From NCBI GenBank assembly GCA_001179505.1, contig CDMY01000583.1, positions 1 through 47,310 of the forward strand: a stretch of DNA of 47,310 bases. The letters are read 5' to 3'. The DNA is from Vitrella brassicaformis CCMP3155. Its lineage: Eukaryota; Protista; Chromerida. The notes beneath the pieces are model-generated. The model saw only the letters and a program-made list of their open reading frames with translations. It did not search any database and was not told the DNA's origin. A program made the position numbers and the translations under genes. This document shows, piece after piece, positions 21,301 to 32,700 of this stretch (positions are counted from its first letter, which is position 1; each line of letters begins with the position of its first letter).

Positions 21301-22898
21301 TGGGCCGTCGACCGTCCGGACTAACACCGGGCTCTCCGCCATCAGGAGGGAGTGGTCGCCGGTCGGGCAGTGGGCAGAGCTCTGCCCGACGGGCTGTGGG
21401 GCCATCGATGTCGATCGACGAGCTCAAAATGCTGGTACGTCTTTTGTGTGCCGAGCTTCCATCCATCCATCCATCCATCCAGAGCCTGCTGCCGTTGATG
21501 TGATGGCTGGTGGTCTCTGTCTGTGCGTGCCTTCCTCAGGCGGCACAGCGGGCCGAGGGCACCATAGCTACCGCCACGATGGAGCGTCAGGCGTCGAGCC
21601 CGCTCAACAACCTGCCCAGCACCACACACCAGCTGCCGCCCCTCCCACCCCCCTCGGGCCAGACAGGAGGAGGCCGCAGCACATCCGCCCCACTCACGTC
21701 CCCCGCACTCAATGGGCCGCCGGCTGTCGATGATCAACAAGCGCCCCCTCAGGGGACCACTCCTGCTGGCGCTGCGGCAGAGTCCGAGCAGGCCTCTTCA
21801 TCGCAGAGTATACCAAATCGCCGGCCGCCGTCTGTGCCGGACGTCCCTGCGGGTCGGGGCATCTTCGCAACTGGCCATGTCGCCCACCGGCAGCAGCAGC
21901 CACCGGACGGCCTGCAGAGCAATGGCGTTGCTACTGCGGTGAATGGGGACCACCCTCCTCTGGCTCCGCGCAGCAACGGCACCAACAATGGTCGAGGTGG
22001 TGGTGGTGGTGGTGAGGTGGTGGGTGCCTGTCGGATGTGCCAGGAGCCGATTGAGGTGGACTTGTCGGGCGGCATACGGCAGGAGGACCTTTCCTTCATC
22101 GAGCTGAGGCTGTGTCTGCAGCACTTTGCCGCACTCAAGAAACAGTTCATGTGTGTGAGAGAGCCGTCACACACACACACACACACAGATGGATGGATGG
22201 ATGTGTGTGTGTGTGTGTGCAGCGAGATGGAGCAGTTCTGGCGGGCCAAGTTTGGCAACCAGCCGGAGATCGGCATTGTCTTCGGCGTCATCTGTTCCCA
22301 GAGCTACCAGGCCGTATGCGCACGCACACACAAGGCGAGATGCCACTCAGCCAGTCATTGTGCCCGTTGTTTGATTTCAGCGTCTGTCTGACATACTGCG
22401 AGAGTACGGCGACGAGTGGGGCAAGGTGATAGTGGAGTTCGTGGCACACAAGGGGGTCAACTTTGAGCTCACCGACGCTCAAGGGAGAAGACCATGTGGG
22501 CTCATCACACACACACACATGCAGTGGCTGGTGGGGTGCATTTCCCTCTCTCTCTCTCTCTCTCTGTGTGCGTGTGTGTGTGTGTGTGTGTGATTGTCAG
22601 TTGAGGCTGCGGTTCTCGATTTCCAGACGGCTGCCATCCGCTGCCTATACAGCCTCTGTAAGGACACACACACACACACACACATACACACACACAGACT
22701 GGGCGATGTGTGTATGTGTGTGTGTTGGCTGGAGTGGCTGCCTGTCCTGCAGGTGACACCAACAGTGCGTTCTTCATGGAGCACCTCGACCAGATAGACA
22801 CCGCCCTGGCCGTCGAAAGGCTCGACTGGAATCCCCACACCAGCCCCACCGCACAGACTCACACAGAGAGGTCCGAGCAAAGCAATGGGGTCAACTAG
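10169..22898 (+). CDS. Large multi-exon RNase II/Dis3-family (RNB) exoribonuclease fused to a UPF1/DNA2-like SF1B helicase (HELZ2-like architecture), with an RRM inserted in the RNB domain
   Basis: Cold-shock motif VVILGISERNRAYHNDLVTIEL. RNB motifs FTIDPP|DAEVLDDAISI, VYVHIADVEHF, SKIRSQARLSY, LVKEFMTAVN and YFQVTSPLRR|YIDVIGHRLL. Helicase motifs QGPPGTGKS, ILLCAPSNKAADNL, VIIDEAAQ, VILVGDHKQLGP, QYRMHPRI, GIITPYKAQ, QGMERDYIIISFVRS and LNVALSRAKRGL. Two N gaps lie inside introns. Stop TAG at 22896-22898. Confidence 0.85.
11964..12263. other. Assembly gap (300 N) followed by a poly-G run
   Basis: N run inside an intron of the RNB-helicase gene. Confidence 0.99.
12400..14830 (+). other. RNB (RNase II catalytic) domain exons
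   Basis: TIDPPDAEVLDDAIS at 12420-12530 and TSPLRRYIDVIGHR spliced across 14500-14820. Confidence 0.9.
14059..14290 (+). other. RNA recognition motif (RRM) inserted within the RNB domain
   Basis: EIPHWIGRDQLIQIFSFWGDVDFCDIKTNRKTGRSIGKAVIAFRTIQQAKTAMAKMQGHGPFTTGQRLKISFS has an RNP1-like 'GKAVIAF' and the typical RRM spacing. Flanking intron phases (2 and 1) keep it in frame. Confidence 0.85.
17130..20400 (+). other. UPF1-like superfamily 1B helicase domain exons
   Basis: LNDFQCKAVRQAM...QGPPGTGKS (Walker A ~17200), DEAAQ (18192-18206), GDHKQLGPVV, KSLFERL, YRMHPRIREF, TPYKAQ and LNVALSRAK. Confidence 0.92.
19649..19948. other. Assembly gap (300 N) preceded by a poly-G run
   Basis: N run inside an intron between TVHALQ and GMERD. 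Confidence 0.99.
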
Positions 22899-23750
22899 CT
22901 AGTGCAGCTTAGATCAGCTCAGCTCAGCTAAGCCAAGCTTAGCTACATGGGCCAGCAGTGAACGGCCAAAGGAGGGGGGCGGGGAGGCCTTTTTGTTTTG
23001 TCGCTCTCTCTCTCTCTCTCTCTGTCTCTCTCTGTGTCTGTCGGCTCACGTGGGTCGTCTTTAATCTGGCTGACGGACATCTGCCTCTGGTGCGATCGAG
23101 GCGAAGACATACATACCCCTCTCTCTATTGTCTGTCTGTGTGTGTGTGGGGTGCATGAGAAAGAAAGACAGAAGTGTTTGCTGCTGCTGCTGCTGCTGCG
23201 CTGCTGCCGCGCTGCTGATGGCTGGATGGCTGGATCTTTTTTCGCCGGCCCTCTGCCGTCCGTCTGCTTTCTTTTGAGGGCCACGAGCCACGGAACGCTC
23301 CGCATCCTGCACACATGGCCGACAGACAGACAGACAGACAGACAGACAAGTTGGCGGGCACAGGCGGGCAGAAAGGTAAGGACTGTTTTAGTGCGGCGGC
23401 ATCGACGAATGGCATTTTCTCTCTGTGTGTGTGTATGTCTGTGTGGGAGGGGCAGAGGCTCGTTCGTTTGTCTGTCTCTGCTGCTGCATATCGGCGTGTG
23501 CTGTGTGGGGGGCGGAGAGGGGAGGAGGGGGTGGGGCATTGATGTGTGTGTGCTGTGTGTGTTTGTGTGTTATATAGATCTCGACAGACAGACAGACAGA
23601 CAGATGCATGCAGTGGGTGGATCGACCTCGCTATTATGCCGAATGACCGACCTTATTGCCGACCTCTGTCAGCACAAAACAAAAAGACCCACACATTATC
23701 CGTCCGTCTCATCGCCTAACGACACACGACACACTGAGAGGAGAGCAGCT

Positions 23751-26700
23751 CTACAAATCGAGCAGCCGGCCCAAAGCGCTCTGCACAAAGTCGCTCCATT
23801 GGACAGTCCACCTGAGGTGCAACACACAGACAGAGACAGAGACAGAGAGAGACACTTGCACAGTGCATTTCTCTCTCTGTTGTCTTTTGTCACCTCCAGT
23901 ATCTTCTGAACACCGCACCATCGACCCCCGCCGCCCCAAACAACCAATAAACAATCCTGAGAAGGCCAAAGGCCAAAGGCCAGCCAGAGGGAGAAAGTCG
24001 CACAGTTCCCGCCACCAAAGGGCGAGTGAGACGCACACACGGTTGGCAGCTGACCTGGTGTCTAAGTTGGAGAGAAGCGTGTAGGGCAGGTAAGCATCCA
24101 TCGGCTCATCCCCGTCGGCCACCAGCACCTGGTTGGCCACGAAGTGGGAATTCCCCGTGTATATCAGCTCGAGAGGCACCGGCTGTGGCAAGGACACACA
24201 CACACACACACACACACAAATGGGCCGTCTGCTGCCCCTTTTTGCGCCTCTCTGCCAGTGCTTACCTCTTCTCTCTGGTGCGCTCTCGTCACCCGGGCAA
24301 GGGAGACGGCAGCAGACAACCCGTCCCCCTCTGCAGAAATGTCTCCACAAGATGATTGAGGCCGCTGAGGCCCCTCAACACGCACCAGCCAGTCCCCCTG
24401 CCGCACCTCGGCAGCCGACACGTGCCTCTGTCTTGACAGGGCGGACTCGGCGCAGTCGCCTGCCGTCGTCAGTGGATCGAGGCATATTGTGGGAAGCCGC
24501 TCACCAGCGACAATGGGCAGGCGATGAGAGGGGGAGAGGGTCAGATGGAGGGGAGGGGCGGGGGCGCATGACGTCCTGTTGTGGTGGTGCAGCGGTTCGG
24601 CCACTAAGTCGACGACCTCGGTGGTATCAGACGCTGCATCACGTGACAGATGTCTCACGTGTGTCTTTCTCTCAGTGTCCTTCTCTGTCCTTTGTTTGCT
24701 CACCTGCGTAAGACTCCCTGAAGTAGACGTCAGTCAGTTCGACCCCTCTCGTCTTGCTGAAGGACAGAACCCGGTCGCCCACCACCACTTCCTGCGCCGG
24801 CACCGACTCGAGCTTACGAAAGTCCACTCTGTCCGATGACCCCACAAGGGCCGCAAGCAGGAGACCTGCCGCCGCGGTGAGCTGCCATGAGGACATCCAA
24901 TGCATCATTGGTGGAAGGAACCATTTGCCGAAGGAGAAGGAGTCCCATGGGGCCGAGGGGGGGTCACGTGATGGGGGCAGCCTCCAGAGGGATGCGTTGG
25001 GATCGATGCAGGTCTTCTGCGAAAAGGACTGCACACACGTGAGCGCCTCGTCGGGCTGGCCGACCCACGAGCCGTAGAGACACTGGTAGTCTACACACAC
25101 ACGCACACACACAAGTCTCAGAGATGCTTCGGTCTCCCTTATTGCCGGTGCTGTGTACGAACGTTTGCCGGATCTCTCCCCGTGGAGCCTCGCCACTGGG
25201 TTGGCCATCTGTTGTTGCCAAAACCACTTTAAGTAGTAGACGTGCCTACACGACAGACAGATCATGTCAGCCAGCGTGGATGGATGGATGGATGGGTGGA
25301 TGGCTGTCGTGTCCACCTACACGCTGCTGGGGGGCCCGATCCGAAAGATTCTCCAGACTTTGACAAAGATGTTGACTGCCGCTGGCGGCCTGATGCCCCA
25401 GATGGTCTTCCTGCCTAGGCCGGTCTCAATCGTGCGGCGACGCTGCAAGCAGCCTGATGGATGGATGGATGGACACACACATAGGGACAGGCTGGTCTGT
25501 CTGTGTGTGTGTGTGTGTGTCTGTGTGTGTCGTAATTTCACCGACCGGATGCGCCGCCCCGGACGGTGATCCGCTTGCCGGGTGCGTCTGTCATCCAATC
25601 TTGCCCGTGGTAAAGTGTCTTGGGCTCCGTCTGCCCCCCGATGCTGCCGGCGACGTTCCATTGGGCTGCAACGGTCTGGTTGACCTTGGAGAGCGGAGTC
25701 CACCCTTGGCAGTGAGGCGTATAGCAGAAGGCGTAGTATCTGCCTCGGTGCCGCCGCACCCATGGCCGCTGCTTGACGAAGTCGTCATAAGCAAGGTTCT
25801 CAAACTCGACAGACAAGGGGCCCGCCACGTTGTAGCGGACCATCTTGTGGCTCTCGCGGAAGGGAACCGGGCACATCTCTGCGATTGTCCGGGGCGTGCG
25901 AGAGACACACACACATGGATGGATGGATGGATGGGTGGCTGTCTTTGTTGGTGGGATGGTTGGCATACTCATGCAGCTGAACGGTGAGGTGAGGTAGCCG
26001 TTGAAGCAAATGGTCTTGAAGGCGGGCCGGGCGTCCCACGTGTCCTGTTGGGGCTCAGGCAGGTACCCGTCGGCACACCGCACCTCTGTCGCAGCGCCTG
26101 GGACGATGAGGCCGTGCATGGGCGGAATGGGGTAGCCTTTCTCTGGGTGGTAGTAGTTCTGCTTCCTCCCGTCGGCGTACACCATCTCATAACCAAACGG
26201 CTCGCACATCGCTGCGGTGGACAGAAGACAGGATCACACAAACTCTGCTGTAAGTGTCCGTCCGCTGCTTCCCCCTCCCTCCCTCCATCCCTTGGTCACT
26301 TACGATGGCACTGCATCTCGGGCTCGGACCAGTGGCCGTTGCTGCAGTGCACCTCTGACCTATAAGGCGGATCGAGCACGTTGGTGGCAAAGGTCCACCT
26401 GCACGTGGGTCTCTCTGCGGCGGATGCCTCTGCTTCCCCTGGGTAAAGGAACGCCCCCTTAGTGCAGCACGACACCGTCCGCGTGGCCCCGTTCCTAGCG
26501 GTGCCTGTGTTGTGGGCGGTGTCCATGCTGGTGCCGCGGCCCTGGACAATCATGGAGGTGCCGAAGCGAGCATCGAGGGCGTAGTCGTCCTCAGGCACGT
26601 ACTCGGGGCAGTTTGCTGCAGGCCAGCGGATAGGACAAACAGACAGAGACATGTGTCTAAATGCCTGTGATTGGGCGGCGGCTCACGGACCTTCGCAGAT

Positions 26701-29700
26701 GAGCAGGCGGCTGGTGTACTCGCCGTCCAGACATCTGACGGTCTGCCGATTGGCGCCCGCCTCAGTGAGCGACATCGCCTGCCCACACACACATGCCATC
26801 ACACCCATCACATCAACACACACAGACCTATGGAAGGAAACAGATGCACTTGCCGCTCTCTCTCTCTGTGTCTCCTTCCTTGTTTAGAATGGTTTTGGTT
26901 GCTTACGCACGTCAGAGTGTCTGATTGCGCACCGTATCTCCAGTGACCTGCCCGAAGGGAAGAGCGACTCGGTGAGGTGGTACCTCGGCCGAACGATCTC
27001 GTAGCGAGACTGGTTGGTCACCGCCACGTCATTCGCCGTCGCCCACTCCACATAGTCAATGCACATCTCTGACAAACAGACAGACAGACAGCGCCGTGGC
27101 TCAGCTCTGCCCTGGCTCTTACTTCTGCATCTCAACTGGAGGGGCCACCAGCTGCCGTCGTTGCATTCAATGGTCTCCCCCTCCGAGCCGCTCACAGCCG
27201 AGTACATCTTGGCGCAAAACACCACCACGACAGTGCTGTGGCGAAGCGACTCGCCGCCGTCTATGGCATAGTTGGTGATCGAGTCTCCCAGATGCTCGAA
27301 ATACACAGGCAAAGGCGGGCAATCCCCTGACGACACACACACACATCACGTCTCTCTCTCACTGCGATCGACCGTCTTGTCTCCCTCACTTCTGCACTGT
27401 ATGCCGGTGAGCGTCCAGACACCGTCCTGACACTCGGTGTCCTCAATGGGCCGCGAGAGCGTCGACTCAAAGCCTCTCGTCGTATTGCACGACACCAGCT
27501 GTCGGCTGCCGTGAAGGTAAAGAGGCAGCACTCGCCCCGTGTCGGGATCGGTGCGGTTCTCGGCGAGCGGAGGGTTGTCCGGCGCGTCTCTCACGACGTA
27601 CCTCTCCGCCTCCTCGTCAGGACGGTAGATGGTCATGTCCATCCACGAGAGGCAGTTGCGGGGGCATGCAAGTGTGGGACGGGTCCACTCGCCATCGTCG
27701 CAGTTGATGGTCTCGTTCTCCGGTGGCGGATGTGGGCAGAACACGGGATCACACTTGAGCACGAAGGCTGATCCGTGCATCCACATTGCGTCGCTGGGGG
27801 AGAAGAAGGGATTCGATTTGTCCTCCTGAGTGAGGCGCAACACGTCGTGAGGGATGGATGCGGGCTTCATGCGTGTGTCTGTCTCTCTCTCACGTCAGTG
27901 AGGGACCCAGGCCTTTTGCAGAACTCTGGTGGGTCGCAGAGCATCCGCTGGGGCTGCGGCATCTTGAAAGGCGGACAGCGGGCTATAAAGACACACTTAC
28001 AGTGGATCGTTATGATCCATTCGCCTTGTTTCTCACGATGGCAGAAGTGCTGCAGCTCTGTCCACTTGCCGTCGAGACACAAGACGTCACACGCGTGTCC
28101 GCTGCAGTCCTCCACCTCGATAGGCACACCAGCCACCTCCCTCCTCTCCTTCAGGCGCGTCATCGGGCTCGTCAGATCGTAACCCTCCGTGCAGTTGACG
28201 GCCATAAAGTCGCCTTCGCGGTAGCCGATGGAGCGGTCGAGCGGCTCATTGAGAGGGCGGGGGGGATACAGCTTCAAGAAGTTGAAGGCCTGGTCTAACA
28301 GTTTCTTCTCGCCCACTGCATTGACCAGCTCGTGGTAGTTTCCACTGAAGCTGACATTGTAGAGGGGGGAGAGCTGCAGGAAATCCGCACCGGGGCAGTT
28401 GCCTGTGTGTCGACACACGTACACAAAGATGCAAAGACAAAGACTACGTTTCTCTCACGTGTGTGGTCTTCCTTACGCTTGCAGCGGATGGCCTGACGCC
28501 CCCAGGTGCCATTGTAGCAGACAACATTGTCAGGCTGCGTCTCCTGCCAAGTCGGATCGCTCCATCCGTCCGCACACCTGATCCACCGCCAGCTGTTGTG
28601 CCTGAAGTACCGGTCTCGCGTGAGGTGCGAAGACCGCATCGATTCTTGCGGCTTGGAGAGGTAAGCGATGCCGTCGCTGTCGTATGTGAGAGTCGACGCT
28701 TCGAAGGTGGGCAGATGGGAGAAGGCGTATGCTTCGACAGGGAGAAATGGGGGATAGTAGGGGCTGCAGCGGCCAACAGGCGACGGCAAGACGACCGTAA
28801 ACAAGGGAAACAAATCGTGTTCGTGTCCTGAAAATCGTGTGTCTCGCGCCTACGTCGGCATTGTATCGTGATGGGCTCGAAACGGCCATTATGGCAGCTG
28901 AGGGGCTGCTGATAGTCGGGTTCATGAGGCGGCATGGCAGCGAAGCCGCGATACGGGTCACGGCTGCCTGATAAAGACAACGATAAGGTGTCTGTGCGTG
29001 GTTTGATGTGTCTGTCGTTTCCTCTTCTGTCACCCACCACGGCACTCGACGTATTCGATGTCGCCATGCTTATACGCGTCTTTGATGGCACTCGCGGCCT
29101 TGACGTACTCGACACCAGCGATGTACCGCTTCTTCAGAGGCGGGGGGCTGTCGGCTGCACAAACACCGCCAGACAAGGTCGGCGTCTGTCTGTGTCTGCT
29201 TCCTGCCCTTTATTTATCTAGCGTGTCTGTATCCGCCGCAGACAGACCTTTGCATTCAAAGTCTCTCGGCGTCCAGAGCCCGTCCATGCACCGCAGTGTG
29301 GTGCAGTCGTCGGACCCAAAGCCCTTTTTCCACCCATCCCTCTCCCCAGGCCTCCCGCAGCTCACCGTCCTCCATGCCGGTGCCTCCACATCAGGCCCTT
29401 CGCGCGCTGCGCACCTAAACACCACACACGAGCCGTGTCTCGGAAAGGAGCTCAGCTGGAAATCGGGTGTGGGCCGGGCGTGAGGCGTTGTGTTGGTGGA
29501 TGGGGGAGGGGGAGGTGACGCCGGCCCCTCACACGCTGTGGTGTTACTGAGGTCATTGGCGGAGTCCGCCACACGGAAGCTGTACTTGAAGGGGTCGATC
29601 AGGTCGGCAAGGTCTCGACACGACCCTGACAACGGCACACAGAGCCCTCATGGATGTGTCATGCTATTCCCTCTTATCAGCTGACTTTTGCATGAGAGGA

Positions 29701-32700
29701 AAGGCATCGGGGGGCCCCACTCGCCCCGCAGGCACGCAATACTAGCCTGTGCACCGGGCCTTGCCGTTCCGTTGAAAAATGACCGCTCATTCGCACACCG
29801 CACATAGAGCACATCTCCGTGCTGATACTCGCCGCCCGCCCGCTGGCCCAACACCTCGTAAGCCGCGTCCATGCCAGGTGCACTGCACTTCTCTGCAACA
29901 GGCAACAATCCACAGATGCACGGCAAGGCAGAGACACTCTGGACAGGAATGTTCCCTCCCATGGTGTGTGGTAACTGACTGTTGCACTGGAAGGGCGGCG
30001 GGAAGGGCGACCATGTGCCATTGATGCACACGGCCTCGGCCTGCCCTGGCTGTCTCGGGGTGGCGGATGCGCCGCTGAGCGTCGAGCATTTTATGTTGAG
30101 TTTGGTGCCGTGGGGCAGCCAGGCCTCGGTCGTTTCCTGCCCAGAGGTGAGGGACGCCTCGTACAGGTCGGGGAACTCGAGCTTCTGTGCCGGATACGGC
30201 TGGCAAGGAGCTGAAGAGAGAGAGAGACAGACAGCACGGCAAAGCAAGTCTGCCATACTTGCTGGCGGCTTCTTGATCTGCTGACCCACCCATGCACTTC
30301 AGCAAAGCTCCCGTGATCCTTCCCCTGTCGCAGACCAGCGTCTGCGCCCTATCGGCTTTCCCCGCATCCGGCACAAACGTCCTCTCCGTGTTGCAGCGAA
30401 CGGTCAGCTCAGTTCCGTGAGGCTGCCAGACGTCACTGCGCATTCTCGATACCTCCAGTGGGTCGGTGATCTCGATGATCTGCTCCGGGGCGGGGGCCTT
30501 GCGCGCAGAGAAGAATTGCCGGGGATCGAGGGTCGAGGCCCTTCTGGCAGCTCTTGGAAAGATGTAGGCATCAAAAGGGTGGAAAGAGGGAAAGGCGGGG
30601 CAGTCCGGCCCGCAGATGACGTGTTGTTTGCTGAAGTCCCCCTGGCTGCAGACCAGCGCCTCTTCGTCAGGCCCCATATACGGGTGGTAGGGCTTCATGG
30701 CCGCGCATCTGATGGTCACGCGAGTGCCGTGAGCAGAGGTTCCTCGCAGGGCAGCCTCGTTATCGATGTCATAGAGGTCGATTGCTGATGGGGGCTCCGG
30801 TGGACCGTCTGGCGGCCAGTAATTGCGATGCAGCTCGCCACCGACATAGGCAGACGATGGGCCGAGAAGCTTCACAGGGAGACAGGGTACTGTCAGACAG
30901 AGACACCAAGAGACGATGTTGGTGTCCTGTGTCTGTGTGTCTGTGTTGCTCACGTTGGCAGTGGATGGACACCCGCCCCCACTGGCCGTCTGCACACGTG
31001 ACGGTCTCTTCTTCATTGGGCATCTCCCTATCCTTGACAGCACTGACTGCGGGGTCCCTCTGACACATGACCCTCAGCTTGAAGCCGTGGGCAAACGACC
31101 GGGCCTGGGCGATTTCCCTCTGCGGCGGCTCGGTTCTAAATCGCCCCTCAGGTAAAGGGAACCATGGGCCACATGGTGCTGGAGACCAGAGAGACAGAGA
31201 GCGAAAGAGACGTTGACGTGCGAACGTTGGCTTGGCCTGCGCACCTCTGCAATGCAATCGATTGGGCGTCCAGACTCCCTCCAGACAGGTGAGGGTCTGC
31301 CGGTCGATCACGCTTTCCATCATTGTGATGTCGGGGACCTGCGTGCAGCTGATCTCTGCAGTGCTGCCATGGCGGAAAGGCGGACTCGATCGGCCGTTGT
31401 AGATGACCTGGTAGGCGTTGGTCTGCCCTCGACCCTGGTACAGCTCTGGATAACCCATGCACTGCTCTGCCCATTGCACACACACACACACACACACACA
31501 TAGATGGAGGAAAAAGTCTCGTTTTGGAGTCCTTCATGCGAGTGGCGGTTTGCTCACTGAAGCACTGCAGGTCACTCCGAGAGTACTCATCAACGCCGCC
31601 AAGATCGCCCCCCTCACACTTGACGATATCGGACGCTTCGGCGCCCCCCACCCTCTCAGGCTCGGCGTAGCCGTTGCGGCTGTCGCAGGACAGCCGAACC
31701 GCCGTGCCATAAGGCACCGTGGTGATGTTCTCGACCCTAGTGCCTTCCATGCCGACATACTCGACGTCAAACATGAGCTCGGCCGTTCCGTTGCCCACAT
31801 AGGGGTGAGGGCCGCACGGAGCTGACAGCACCGACACAACACAGTGGTAAGTCGAGTCTCTTTGTTGACCGATTACTCTTGCAATCAAGCTGGTAGTCTG
31901 TCCACTTCCAGTTGCGGGGATCGTCGCAATCGGTGTCCTTGCCATAGAATGTGCACCCGACGGTTTCCGAGGCCTCCTGCCCTTCACGTGGCACCGATCC
32001 CGCCCCACACGAGATGGAGACGGTTGACCCTGGCGGGAGCAGACGAATCGTGGCTGTCGGGGGATCCAGCACGTATATGTGGGGGTTGAGGCCGCGGAAC
32101 CGAAAGGGAGGGCACTGGCCGTGGCATTCAAGGACGACAGGGCTCCATGCGCCGTCGGTGCACTGCACCTTCTGGAGGGTCGATTGCAGTGCCGCATTGA
32201 CTGGTGGCAGATAGCCGGGCTGGCACGATACCGTCCGCTCCGCCCCCTCAGCGAAGCCTGTGTCTCCCCCATCGACGCGATACCTCTTGTCAGACAAGGG
32301 CTGGACATAGTCAGGGGGCTGCAGCAGAGTCGACGGGCACGGCTCTGCCAAAAAACGAAAGAGAGACAGACAGATCGAAGACCATCTGCAGCACCGGGAG
32401 ACAGAATCTCTTACGTTTGCACGGGAGATCTAGCTCATCGATGAGGCCGTCGCTGCAGAAGAGGCTCGTCACAGCGTCTTCGACGTGCAGAGGGGGCAAA
32501 AACGGCAGAGCGCAGGTCACCTCAATGAGCTCACCGTGGCAGATCCGAGACGCCCGCAGCGGGCTCAGCACTTTGTAGCGAGGCGCCTGTGCGGCTCCCA
32601 GGTCTGTTTGTGGCCACCATGGGGTGTCACTTGGCACGCAGTCCTCTGTAGCGGAGACACAGATGAATAAGGATAACAGGGGAGACAATGTGGGGCGTAC

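Noticed and set aside
24114-25010. Hint domain as a mobile intein
   Set aside because: No terminal His-Asn plus Cys/Ser/Thr, no homing endonuclease, it is interrupted by introns and lies at the C-terminus, so it is Hedgehog-like instead.
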